A DNA stretch of 64,000 nt from Octopus vulgaris (Eukaryota), in NCBI GenBank assembly GCA_951406725.2, contig OX597816.1, forward strand, positions 115,134,001-115,198,000, given 5' to 3'. Made by a program: the position numbers and the translations under genes. Below, piece by piece: positions 52,430 through 64,000 of the stretch. Within the stretch, counting starts at the first letter, position 1, and each line of letters begins with the position of its first letter. Below the pieces are notes generated by a model. It was not told the origin of the DNA and did not search any database. It saw nothing but the letters and a program-made list of their open reading frames with translations.

Positions 52430-53440
52430 ATTAGAGAGAACTGAGGCGTAGTAGAGAAGGGTGTATGGAATAATAATGACATGCTTGCTCTTATTGATGC
52501 TAAAAAAGCAAGAAGTCTAGAAGTACTAATAAGAGAAGCTGATCAATGTGGAAATTGTATAGTAGTTAGTAAAACTTTTTTAAGTATATCCAACAGTGGC
52601 ACCTGCCATAAGAGATGTCAACGGTATGGTTGGAAGTGCAATTAAGATATGAAAGCAGGTGAGACATCTAGTCCAGAGGGACGGAGGCTGTGCTACTTAT
52701 ATTATGTGATGGAGTAGGCACATGTTAATCACTTATACAATCAATCAGGTAGCACAAGAAGATATATGAAAGGCGCCATACTCAATGACTGATGTAATAG
52801 TATCATTGTCAACTGACACAAGAACAAAGGACAAGCACCAGAGAGAGGGGGAGAGAGAGAGGGGATTGGGGGCGGTAACTACAGAGGCACCAAGTTGCTA
52901 GACCAGGATATGTAAATTACAAAAAGGCTTATTGCAGAATTGATTTGGCATAGGATTAGCCTGAATGTGATGCAGTTCTGGAAGTGGTACCACTAATTTC
53001 CTATTCCTTGTGGGATAACTGCAAGAGAAGTATTTAGTGAGGAGGTTTGTTTTTAGCTAAACATAAGGATCCATGTTTTGTAATTTGTTGTTCATGAAAG
53101 AAGCTAGGTGTAGATGAATGACTTATGAAGATTAAGTTAACCATATACAGTGGTGCAGTCAGCAAAAAACGTTCAGCAATGAATTTATTGTGCAGGAGGG
53201 AGTCCACCAAGGCACACATATCAAAGCCATTCTGTTTATTATAGTCACACAAGTCATAACAGAAATTTTAAAACCAACTGCATACGTCTGATAAAGTTCT
53301 TATAGTAGAATCTATAGAAGATATGGAGATAAAACTCCAGACATAGAACCAAAATGTGGAACTGAAGAAACTCAAATTAAACTTTAAAAAAAACTAAAGT
53401 TTGAGTGAGTAGGAAAGATGACAGGACTCTGCTTCCATCT
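52430..53440 (+). mobile_element. Highly decayed RTE LINE RT region
   Basis: Broken frames give SIIVN*HKNKGQA, NYRGTKLLDQ, GTTNFLFLVG*LQEKYL, KLGVDE and QEGVHQG..AILFIIVTQVITE; the later motifs are collinear with the 39323 ORF. Confidence 0.75.
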
Positions 53441-53870
53441 AACAGTTATCTACGTTATTTTATTTTTCCTTGGTTTTTGAAGAAATGTTCACATCCACAG
53501 GGTATCTGAGCTCTATGACATGATTTTTCTTTCCTGTTCTAATCAAATATATCAAGCCTGTTATGTTAGCACTTGGCAAGAGTTTTGATGAGAATATTCC
53601 ACCAGTATTCCTTGTGTTCATATATATGTATTCAGTTACAGGAACATTGTCTATATTTATCACAGAGTAGTCTTGTCTACGGATGGCATTGTTTATTTTC
53701 TTAGCTACATCATATCACAATGGGAGGTTGTGCTTTGATGACACTTTTGGCAGCTGCTGATCACATACGTAATATCTTCCACAGGAGTGTGACATACTTG
53801 GTATTTTCGGTTATAGTTTGAGTGTTCAATGGCTTCACTGGGCCTCTTTTACTTGTTAGGTATTCTGCAG
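53440..53870 (-). mobile_element. Decayed R4/Dong-type CCHC and RLE fragment
   Basis: Minus strand gives VCHTPVEDITYVISSC, YWWNILIKT..HNRLDI and VIELRYPVDVNISSKTKEK. Confidence 0.65.
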
Positions 53871-54367
53871 CTATCTTCAGCTTTTGGAATGTAAAAGTAT
53901 AACTTTTAACATGTAACATGACGTCACAATTCTGCTAACTTTCGCTCATTCTGTTTCTAATTTACACAGTTTTTGTGAGAAGTGGCTAGTCAATAGTTTC
54001 ACCTTGATTTGAATGGTACTTTATGTTATTGATCCTGAAGAGATGAAAAGCAACTTTGGCCGTGGCGGTATTCGAACTCGGAACCTAAAGAACATATTAC
54101 AAATACTGCAAAGCATCTTTTCTGATGCTCCACCAGCTCAGGCAACTCAGCATCTAAGAGCAAAAAATAATGGCAATTAAACCAACAATGGACATTGGAA
54201 CAATACTCTATGCAAGTGCTGGCTTGGAGTGATTTAAGAATAAAATTTTGCTGCATATTGTAAACATTTTGGTGAAGAGTCTACTAGCACTGCTAAAGAA
54301 GCTATGGCAAAGCATCCTGCCATTTTAAAAATAAAATATTTGACAAATAAAATTTTGAGACAGATCT

Positions 54368-54779
54368 TTTACTCTTTTACTCTTTTACTTGTTTCAGTCA
54401 TTTGACTGCGGCCATGCTGGAGCACCGCCTTTAGTCGAGCAAATCGACCCCGAGACTTATTCTTCGTAAGCCCAGTACTTATTCTATCAGTCCCTTTTGC
54501 CGAACCACTAAGTGACGGGGACGTAAACACACCAGCATCGGTTGTCAAGCAATGCTAGGGGGACAAACACAGACACACAAACACACACATACATATACAT
54601 ATATATACATATATACGACAGGCTTCTTTCAGTTTCCGTCTACCAAATCCACTCACAAGGCATTGGTCGGCCCGGGGCTATAGCAGAAGACACTTGCCCA
54701 AGATGCCACGCAGTAGGACTGAACCCGGAACCATGTGGTTGGTTAGCAAGCTACTTACCACACAGCCACTCCAGCGCCT
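54368..54779 (-). mobile_element. Full-length tRNA-derived SINE, family A (CORE-like segment)
   Basis: A box TGGCTGTGTGG, B box GGTTCAGTCC, TCTTGGGCAAGTGTCTT segment, internal (TA)(TG) tract and (GAGTAAAA)n tail. Confidence 0.9.
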
Positions 54780-55160
54780 ATGTCCACAATTACTGCAAAT
54801 AAAATAATAAAACAAACAATACAAATTCTTATAGGGATTTTTAATTTTTAGAAATGTCTCTAGTTCAACATACATCAACAGATGCAATATATCCTGGGCT
54901 CACAAATCCAGATGTTACAACCTATGTAGATTACACCTAGGCCTGTCAATCACAGTAGCATGGTCACAAGTGGAATAAAAGATATGAAACATCGTAGTTA
55001 ACTGCATCCTTTTCTACAAAACAGGTTTTCCACATATTTTTGTACAACCATTGTAAAGTATTGCAAGTTAAGTAATCATACATTTAAAGTATTTTCAAAT
55101 TCACGAACTGTTTCAGATAATATGTGTGAAAATGTAAAAGTTATCTAAATACAACATCAA

Positions 55161-55525
55161 ACTAGCAGAATCGTTAGCATGCCTGGCGAAATGCTCTGGT
55201 GGCATTCTATCTGTCTTTACGTTATGTATGTATGTATGTATGTATGTATGTATGTATGTATGTATGTATGTATGTATGTATGTATGAATGTATGTATGTA
55301 TGTCTATGTGTGTATGTGTTTTTGTGTCTGTGTTTGTCCCCCACCCCACATTACTGCTTGACAATCGGTGTTGGTGTATTTATGTTTCCGTAACTTAGCG
55401 GTTTGACAAAAGAGACTGATAAAATAAGTACCAGGCTAAAAAAAAGTCCTGGGTCGATTTCTTTGACTAAAAGGTGCTGCTCCAGCATGGCTGCAACCAC
55501 ATGACTGAAGCAAGTAAGAGAATAA
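55161..55525 (+). mobile_element. Family-B SINE head joined through (TATG)n to a family-A 3' half
   Basis: 55161-55223 matches the family-B 5' end; 55320-55525 matches the family-A 3' half. Confidence 0.7.
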
Positions 55526-55537
55526 ATGTATATATAT

Positions 55538-55930
55538 TACTCTTTTACTCTTTTACTTGTTTCAATCATTTGACTGCGGCCAAGCTGGAGCGCCGCCTTT
55601 AATCGAGCAATTCGATCCCGGGACTTATTCTTTTGTAAGCCCAGTACTTATTCTATCGGTCTCTTTTGCCGAACCGCTAAGTAACGGGGACATAAACACA
55701 CCAGCATCGGTTGTCAAGCAATGCTAGGGGGACAAACACAGACACACATACACTCATATATATATACATATATACGACGGGCTTCTTTCAGTTTCCGTCT
55801 ACCAAATCCACTCACAGGGCTTTGGTCGGCCCGAGGCTATAGTAGAAGACACTTGCCCAAGGTGCCACGCAGTGGAACTGAACCCTGAACCATGTGGTTG
55901 GTAAACAAGCTACTTACCACACAGCCACTC
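55538..55930 (-). mobile_element. Near full-length family-A SINE
   Basis: High similarity to 54368-54779. Confidence 0.9.
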
Positions 55931-56514
55931 AGTCACTCACATATATACATTGCCATAAGTAATACAGACTACATAGTACAGAAAAGAAACATTTACTATA
56001 TCAGTGTATATTTTATATGTTTAAAACATATTATTGTCTTGATGTCAAATTAAACCAAGAAATATATACCATGTTCCCGGCATGACATCTTGAATATCAA
56101 ACTTCAAGTAGATTGCTCAGGTTTCATGTGTTTTAAATATACTGCGGTGAAACAAATTTTTTGATATTCATGCTGTGTTGGCGTGCTCAGAGTTTCATAT
56201 CAGGTGTCAATGTTGTACTGATATGCAAATGTGCATACCCTCATGTGAATAATGTACTCTCAACAAAGGGGTGATCAGTGTTAACCGAACTAATAAAGCC
56301 TGAAATCGCATTAAACTTGGTTAAATTTGATAATCATGTTACGATTGCAACTACTTAGGGTATATTTCATGTTTTTAATGGAACAGTAAAACTATATTCT
56401 TTTACTCTTGAGCTAATACTCACTCGCGTAATCACTTGACCTCCTAGAAATACCAAATAAATCAAACCTTACAGTCGCAAAATATTGGTTAACGTAGTTT
56501 AGAAAAAAAAAATA

Positions 56515-56571
<57 letters not shown>

Positions 56572-56659
56572 GAACACTGCTCTATCTCCCGGAAGACGAA
56601 GCTCCACATCTACAACGCATCGGTCCTCTCCATTATCCGTTATCTTCTATGAAGCAGAA

Positions 56660-56855
56660 AAGTCCCCACCCCACTCGAAGGTCCTAGCAAAGAGAATTGA
56701 TAGTTTTGGTAGCAGAGCTCTGGGAACCATCGCCAACATCAGATGGTACCATCACGTTTCCAACATAGATCTGCGTGCATGCACGCAACAGCCCATAGCA
56801 TCCCACCTCATAGCTATCTGTCGCATGCACTGGTACGGACACGACCTCCGTTTGC
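56660..56855 (+). mobile_element. RTE-type LINE C-terminal fragment
   Basis: KRIDSFGSRALGTIANIRWYHHVSNIDLR...RMHWYGHDLR. Confidence 0.7.
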
Positions 56856-57117
56856 AATACTCACTGACTGGTACCTATTTTATTAAGTCCACGAAATATT
56901 TATTATAAAGCGCATTTGCTTGAGAGGAACATAAAATACTGGTAGATATTCTGCTCGGCTCTTTGATATTTCTTCTCCTCACCGACCTACATGTGTATGT
57001 GTTTGTGTACGTATGCATATGTATGCATGTGTGTATGTATATATATCTTGTGTCTAGGAAGGGTCATTATCCAAGTAAAAATATTTTCTTAATAATAATA
57101 TTGGTGGTAATAACAAC

Positions 57118-57192
<75 letters not shown>

Positions 57193-57492
57193 AAGAATAG
57201 CAATGTTAGCGATGGTGTTAATACAAGAGGTAAAAAGAAACCCACACCTTTTATTCTAATGGGTGACCCGTCTAATAAAAACCACCATACCAATAAGAAA
57301 CACAATAATAACATAATTTGGATTATATTTCCTTTTGCTGAACATTTGAAGCCTAACTTTATAAAGTCTATTCGTTCTATTATTAAATCAAATTTTAGTA
57401 AATCTAGGTATGCTGGGATATTCAATAACAGAATGATTAAATTTGGCTTTTCTGTTTCTCCTAACTTATTTAGGATTATTTCTTCCTTTAAA

Positions 57493-58783
57493 ATAGAAGA
57501 CTCTAATCAACTCATCGAATTTCTTGAGGACGTTACCCAAATCACTGATCGCGGATCCTGGGTGGATGTTGTTTACCTGGACTTTGCTAAGGCTTTTAAC
57601 TCTGTGCCACACAAAAGACTTATGGTGAAGCTCTCTGCGTTGGGCGTAAGAGACGAACTCTATAACTGGTTGAAGTCCTTTATTTTCGGCCGAAAAGAGG
57701 TTGTCACAGTTCTAGGACAGCACTCTTCACCCTATGAGATGACATCTGGTGTACCACAGGGATCTGTTCTTGGCCCCCCTTTTATTTGTTGCATATGTTA
57801 ATGACATAGATGCCAACTTAGAGAATGCCACAGTGCTGAAATATGCAGATGACATCAAGCAGTACCTCGAAATAAAGAGGTCAGATCCTATACACTATAG
57901 ATCTCTATTGCAAGCAGACCTGGATACAATGCAGCAGTGGATCATGGACTGGCAACTCAAGCTGGCTGTGGACAAATGTACCACCATGCATTTTGGGAGG
58001 AGAAACCCAGCATCCACCTATTACCTCCACAACACTAATCTCAAAAAGTCTTCGTGTGAACGTGACCTGGGTGTTATTGTCGACAGTGATTTGCGTTGGA
58101 CAAAACACATCGCTAAAATTGTCAAGAAGGCTGAGGGTGTCTTGGCATCACTCACCAAATCCTTTGTGAGCCGCTCTCCGACTATCTATCTGCGGCTTTA
58201 TATAGCTATGGTAAGACCTCACCTGGAAATTGCATCACCGGTCTGGAACCCCTATCTTGCCAAGGATATCAATCGTCTGGAAGCCGTTCAGCGACGTGCA
58301 ACCAAAAGAATACCCTCCATCAGGCATTTGCCATATTCCGAACGCCTTACTTCCCTGGGCATGGACACATTGAAACTCCGACGTCTGGCAGCTGATTTGG
58401 CAGACACCCATAAAATTATCAACCATCTTACAAACAATAACTCTGTGCACCTTTTCAAACTCCGCCCGTCTAACACCCGTGGACATATTTACAAAGTCAG
58501 AAAACAGCACAGCTCCCATGACTTTAGAAAACATTTTTTCACGCTGAGAGTTGCTGAAGCATGGAACAAACTGCCGACATCGGTTGTTAGTTGTCGGAGC
58601 ACTGCATCCTTCAAAACGTCCATGCTTTCTGAGATTCGCCAACACTACACCTGATTTCCTCCCCTCCATACACACACAAGCATGTATCTGACTCATACAT
58701 TGCTCGCTTTCCAGACATTTGTACATTACTGCATACACTTTATACGTACTTTCTGACAAGTTGTGGTGCACCTGAGCACTGTA
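57493..58783 (+). mobile_element. 5'-truncated CR1-type LINE (RT, C-terminus, 3' UTR)
   Basis: VDVVYLDFAKAFNSVPH, SGVPQGSVLGP (frameshift ~57775), KYADDIK, ERDLGV, VRPHLE..PVWNP, VQRRATK, TRGH, RV..WNKLP; stop at 58654. Confidence 0.95.
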
Positions 58784-58977
58784 TTTCGTCTGCCTTTACG
58801 TTCTGAGTTCAAATTCCGCCGAGGTCGACTTTGCCTTTCATCCTTTCGGGGTCGATAAATTAAGTACCAGTTACGCACTGGGGTCTATATAATCGACTTA
58901 ATCCGTTTGTCTGTCCTTGTTTGTCCCCTCTATGTTTAGCCCCTTGTGGACAATAAAAAAATATTATTATTATTATT
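58784..58977 (+). mobile_element. 5'-truncated family-B SINE with (TAT)n tail
   Basis: GAGTTCAAATTCCGCCGAGGTCGACTTTGCCTTTCATCCTTTCGGGGTCGATAAATTAAGTACCAG. Confidence 0.9.
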
Positions 58978-60720
58978 TTTAAATCTTTACTACAAGAATT
59001 TAACCTTCTCTGCTACTTATATTAATCCCAATTATTCAAATAGCTCTGTATCTTCTACCAACGATTCCATACTCACACAAACTCTTCCTCTATACACATA
59101 ACAATAGTACGTGTAATATTAGTAACATTTGTAACTGTAGAAACCCTAATACATGTGAGGTTAAAAGTAATTGTAAAATGAAAAATATTGCATATAAACC
59201 TATTATTACAACACATGATCTCTCTAGGTTTCATTATATAGGTTGCACACAGACCCCTCCTAAATTACGTTTGAATATTCATAAATCATCTTTTAATGAT
59301 CCTCGAAAAGAAAGTAGTACTAGTTTATCCAAAAAGGTATGGTAACTTAAAAGAGACAACGTAAATTTCTCAATTTCTTGGAATATTGCTTTTTTTCTGC
59401 CCCCTCTTACAGGATTAGAAATAGAATCCTTTATGCCTTGAAGTGTCTTATATAATTATGGAAATGAACAGTTCTATCTTAAATTCGAGAGATAAAAGAG
59501 TTTTCTCTTGTAAACATGTCCAAATTTCTTTTCATTAACCTTAAATAGTCTTACTGATTACCTCTTTTTCATTTTCTTATTAGTTTTTATTACACTCTTA
59601 GGTTATATGTATGTATTCTCTGTGTGTGCATGTATGTATGTGTGCTTGTATGGGTATGTTTATGCACTTGTGGTCATGTTTTTATAAGTATGTGTGTGTG
59701 TATATATATATATATCAGTGTGTATTTTTGTGTATGTATACTTATATATGCATATATGTATATATATATTCGCATGTGGGTATGTATGCATGTGTATACT
59801 TGTATGTTTTTGTGTTTGCGCATGAATGTATTTTATGTTCTTCGTCTACACGTGTATATACAAGTATATGTAGGTCTGTATGTATGTATACTTATTTTGT
59901 CTGTATATGCAGCTTTTTTCTTGTGTATCGATACATTAACACGCACGCATATACGTGTGTATATCTGTGTATAAATATATATGTGTATTTTTCTATATGT
60001 TTTTTATTTATGTTTTTTCTTTGGTGTAGTTGCATGTACATAGGTGTCTTTTTGTTTTTTGTTTGTGTGTGTGTGGATGTGTATATATTATGAGTGTATT
60101 TGTATGTATGTGTAAATTTCGTATATATGTGTATGTATATAATCGGAGAGTTCCTTGTTTCCAATCTACAGGTGAAAGGGCGCTGTAGTTTCTGAAACTT
60201 TCTTTTCTATCCATCGGCTAGATACCCTCGGACATCCCTGGAAATAACTTCCTCGGAGATTACAGGTCTCTATATGGTGGATAAGCATCATTTTAAGAGG
60301 AAAACAAGCCCCCCCCAAGAAAAAACGGAATGGCAGTGTTAATCCCATTGGGTCTACCTTACAGCAGTGAAACTTGATTTCCTCTCCAGCATCACTTGCA
60401 CGATGTTGAGAATATACCACCAGCATTGGCCAAACGATATTAACATCAGATTCAGAATTCCTCCTAGGCTGGAGCCACGTACTATACGCCTTCTGAACAA
60501 TGGTATCAAACTGCTGTTATTATTCAGGTAAGGATAGATAGATAGTAAAGAGATTAGAGAAAAACTTTGTAAAGTGTGTAGAGGAAAATCATTTTACAAT
60601 TATTTATCAATCGATTCAACAATTGTTTGGGATTCTTTGACAATAGATTGGCAATCGGTCAAGATTTGTTTTAAGAATGATAGGAGTGGCATGATAGAAT
60701 TAGTAATAATTAAACAAATC

Positions 60721-61122
60721 TTTTACTTGCTTCAGTCATTTGACTGCGGTCAAGCTGTGACATCGCCTTGAAGTATTTTTAGTCGAACGAATCGACCCCA
60801 GTACTTTTTTCAAAAGCTTGGTACTTAATCTATCGGCATCTTTTGCTGAACCGCTAGGTTACGGGGACGTAAATGCACCAACACCGGTTGACAAGCGGTG
60901 GTGGGAGACAAACATAGACATAAAGACACTCACATAGATATACATAGATATATATATACGAAAGGCTTCTTTCAATCTCCGTTTACCAAACCCATTCACA
61001 AGACTTTGGTCGGCTAGCAGCTTTAGTAGAAGACCATTGACCAAGGTTCCACGTAGTGGGACTGAACCCGTAAACATGTGGTTGGGAAGCAAACTTCTTA
61101 CCACACAGCCATACCTGCGCCT
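60721..61122 (-). mobile_element. Full-length family-A SINE
   Basis: Homologous to 54368-54779. Confidence 0.9.
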
Positions 61123-61129
61123 AATAATA

Positions 61130-61750
61130 CGGTAAAAATGGCAAAGTGTGTAATTTCAAACATTATGGCCATTGCAGGTGTCCTAATTTTATTTAAAACT
61201 GGGCGTGCATGAACGTATGGGTACCTAAATCTTTGAATGTATACATACGTTAATAACTCAATATAATGATATAAATCAAATATTCTAAGTATGATAGCGT
61301 TATAACAATAACTTTTGCGATATGGTTGTGCTGGTTATGGCTAACGAGACGATTAGTGAAGAATGCAGCGTTTAGAATCCGAGATACTGTGTATGAGTTT
61401 TTTATGCAAAAACATATACGAGTTAAAGTAAATGTATTATTGGTGTTGAAAGGCATTTTATGAATATAATGATATGTAAAAGACATAGACACTGCGTTGT
61501 CTTGGCTGCGTTATCTATTAGATATAAACTCTCAGTGTCGAATTGTGCACTTTTACGTAGGTACTTAGACCTGTACATATGAGATAAGAGCTTTTAAATT
61601 CAAATTTGTCTCAGGCTGGATTAGTAAGTTGATTTTTCTCTGTTGCATGCAATATATAAATTGCGGTTTTCTTGTCTATATCTTTCTACTTGAATTTATA
61701 TCTCGTAACGCTTGACCGTTTAATGAACAGACATACTTGGACAAGCTGAT
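61130..61750 (+). mobile_element. Possible very decayed Penelope GIY-YIG remnant
   Basis: Broken frames give GCVIY and HFYVGT at GIY-YIG-like spacing. Confidence 0.3.
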
Positions 61751-61985
61751 AGCTGCTCTGCTAGTTAAGTATAAGAAGAGGTGGGAAAATTGATAGAATC
61801 TTGATTTGTTAAGTTGATATAGGATATGGTTGTATCCTTTATAATGAAGACATACTTAGTCAGAACTTATTTTTAGACATATATCGTCAAATGGATACTT
61901 GTGTGAGTTGAGACAGTTGTATATTAGGAGGGGGTCACGTTATTGTATCATTTATATTTTTGACATACGTATCTCTCTCTCTCTT

Positions 61986-62016
<31 letters not shown>

Positions 62017-62039
62017 CAATATACATATTAATTAATGTA

Positions 62040-62285
62040 AGTGCATGGCCTAGTGGTTAGAGTATTGCACTCATGATCGCGAGATCGTGGTTTCAATTTC
62101 TAGACTGGCTTTGCATTCACTTCAATACCTGACGCGTGGTTCACCGTAAACTTATTCAGGCAACGTTGATTTGATGACGGGGGTGAGTTATTGTGCGGCA
62201 CATACATTTAATCATTATCAACAAATCATTTGTGCAGGTCGTTCGGCAAAAGCCGAACACTTGTACTTCGAAGGAAGAGTCCCTT
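62040..62285 (+). mobile_element. tRNA-derived SINE
   Basis: A box TGGCCTAGTGG and B box GGTTTCAATTTC. Confidence 0.7.
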
Positions 62286-62320
<35 letters not shown>

Positions 62321-62321
62321 T

Positions 62322-62860
62322 AAGGTATGTAGAAAAATACATGGACAAGAACGTATAACTCTTAGAAGACGACACAATAAACACGGACAGGACATTCGAA
62401 ACCCTCAGTCTTCAGTCAAGAACCGGATCATCGTAGTAATTTCGGCTGATTAATCTTGAGATTACTAGATCACGGCCAGCCCTCCAAGAAAAACTAAGCA
62501 ACGAGCATTAGAAAAACTAAGCTGGGAGCGTAGATTTCCTGGAAGAAGGATCGAATGCATACGAACACCAGGACAGCAAAAGGGACAGATATAAAAAAAC
62601 AAAAAACAATAATGGAATACAGAAACATGAAATACAGAAGCATTAACGGTGAAAACAACAACAAGTGTCTTACGACTGATAACAAGCAAACAAATTTTTT
62701 CTCTGGCGCATTGGAAAGGAGCCTTATCGGCGATGCCTATAGCGGCGGACGAAAAACAACGATGTTAACACGACGCTGGTGAGAAGCTGAAAGGCAGATT
62801 TCGGCCAGCAGTCACGTGACAGAGAAGAGAGAAAAGAAAAGAAAGAGAAGCAAAGGAAGA
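62322..62860 (-). mobile_element. (TA)n-flanked element, probably pLTR-like
   Basis: Bounded by (TA)n. The minus strand has GACTGAAGACTGAGGGTTTCGAATGTCCTGTC (hammerhead-like, incomplete GAAA). Confidence 0.4.
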
Positions 62861-64000
62861 TATATATATATATACCCTGGATGAATTTCATAATGTAACT
62901 GTATCAACAGAATACTGTCAAATCTTAAAACGTCTATGCAGCAGAAACATATAACATGAAAATATTATGATTAATACAGTAATAAACAAGTTTTCGGGAA
63001 TGTATAATTCTCCATTCTTATTTATAATGTCCTGAGTATATATGTGTATGTAAGTGTGTGTGAATGTGAATGAATGAAAGGATATGTGCGTGTGTGTGTA
63101 TGTGTATGCGCGCGCTGCGAAGCACAGAATATGATTTCCTAGAAGCAAAGGCGATGAGAGCTATAGATAGGTAACCGTCATCTGACATGACCCAAGCATA
63201 AATTTTAAAACTATTCATCAACCAAAACAAAAGTTTACTTCATATATATTTATATATAGTAACATTCGACGAATATTTTTACTGTAAATTTCATTCTCAA
63301 ATTCTTTCCTACAAAATGTTAAATTTCCTAGGACAAGTATTCATTTACAAGATTAACACCAGTTCAAAGTTCAAACCAGCATCTTTAAAAGATCTATTCC
63401 TACCCAGAAATTCTATTCTAGAAAAATGTGTATCGATTTCTGTAGAACACACACATACACACACACGCGCGCGCGCGCGTGCGCTCATATTGATGTTTGT
63501 TTTAATGTAAAGTGATAATAAAAACAACTTTACATTAACCTGCAGCATTACTCAATACTTTTGTGAAATATAAGTTCATTATTTTTGGACAAGAATAGTA
63601 CTGACAGTGACCTCTAAGTTAATGTATGTATGTATGCATGTATTATGTATATGTGTATATGTGCGTGTGTATAATAATAATGATGATGATGATGATGAAG
63701 TGAAAACAAATAATATTTTGAAACCATTTATTTCGTGCGTTTCATATTGTTGCTTAACATATAATGTGAAATACATCCCTTACACAAGATCTTCCTCAGT
63801 TAATACATTTCAAAATATATTTTGAAATGCATTAACTGAGAATGATTTCATATTACACATCACGCAATGATAAGAAACGCACTTATTAAATGTTCGCAAA
63901 ATATTATTCGGTTCTATTTCGTTATTATAAATGACACGACATGATACAAGTACCAACTAATTAGTTCTGACTTCATTTACGTGGATACTCTACCATGGAT

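Larger units (their letters stand above)
57259..59540 (+). mobile_element. Penelope-like element remnant (linker and GIY-YIG endonuclease) split by a LINE+SINE insertion
   Basis: NIIWIIFPF...IFNNRMIKFGFSVSPNLFRIISS (57259-57490), then CNCRNPNTC..NCKMKNIAY...HYIGCTQ..KLRLNIHKSSF...TSLSKKVW*LK..ISWNI (~59125-59390). Confidence 0.8.

Noticed and set aside
57259-57801. 180-aa ORF as a novel Penelope-CR1 fusion gene
   Set aside because: A chance in-frame junction of an insertion; it frameshifts before YADD and both parents are truncated.
60166-60527. GC-richer island with an 86-aa minus ORF and a + strand donor CAG|GTAAGG
   Set aside because: No recognisable protein. One frame (MLRIYHQHWPN) hints at a decayed LINE, but support is too weak for either call.

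Overview
AT-rich, microsatellite-saturated animal genomic DNA. The repeat landscape (tRNA-derived SINEs, RTE/CR1/R4-type LINEs, Penelope remnants, very long (TA)n tracts) most resembles a coleoid cephalopod such as Octopus; this is an inference from recognised repeat style, not a database result. No intact host protein-coding gene is recognisable, so the window is probably a large intron or intergenic DNA, and almost all ORFs in the track are microsatellite artefacts. Real coding remnants are all transposon-derived: a young 5'-truncated RTE LINE with a PHD-type zinc finger inside its RT region (39301-41480) plus older relatives, a CR1-type LINE nested in a Penelope GIY-YIG remnant, R4/Dong-type endonuclease fragments, a full-length decayed Tc1, an internally deleted mariner and nested hAT MITEs. 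The most striking unexplained signal is a set of short non-coding elements sitting in (TA)n tracts that carry type-I hammerhead ribozyme folds (CTGANGA / long stem II / GAAAC-N4-GTA). Two of them are built as long fold-back palindromes (125-bp and 216-bp arms). A few splice-site-bounded unique islands and one long-range complementarity are weak hints of a host transcript. Repeat boundaries were read by eye and are approximate unless a TSD or TIR is quoted.
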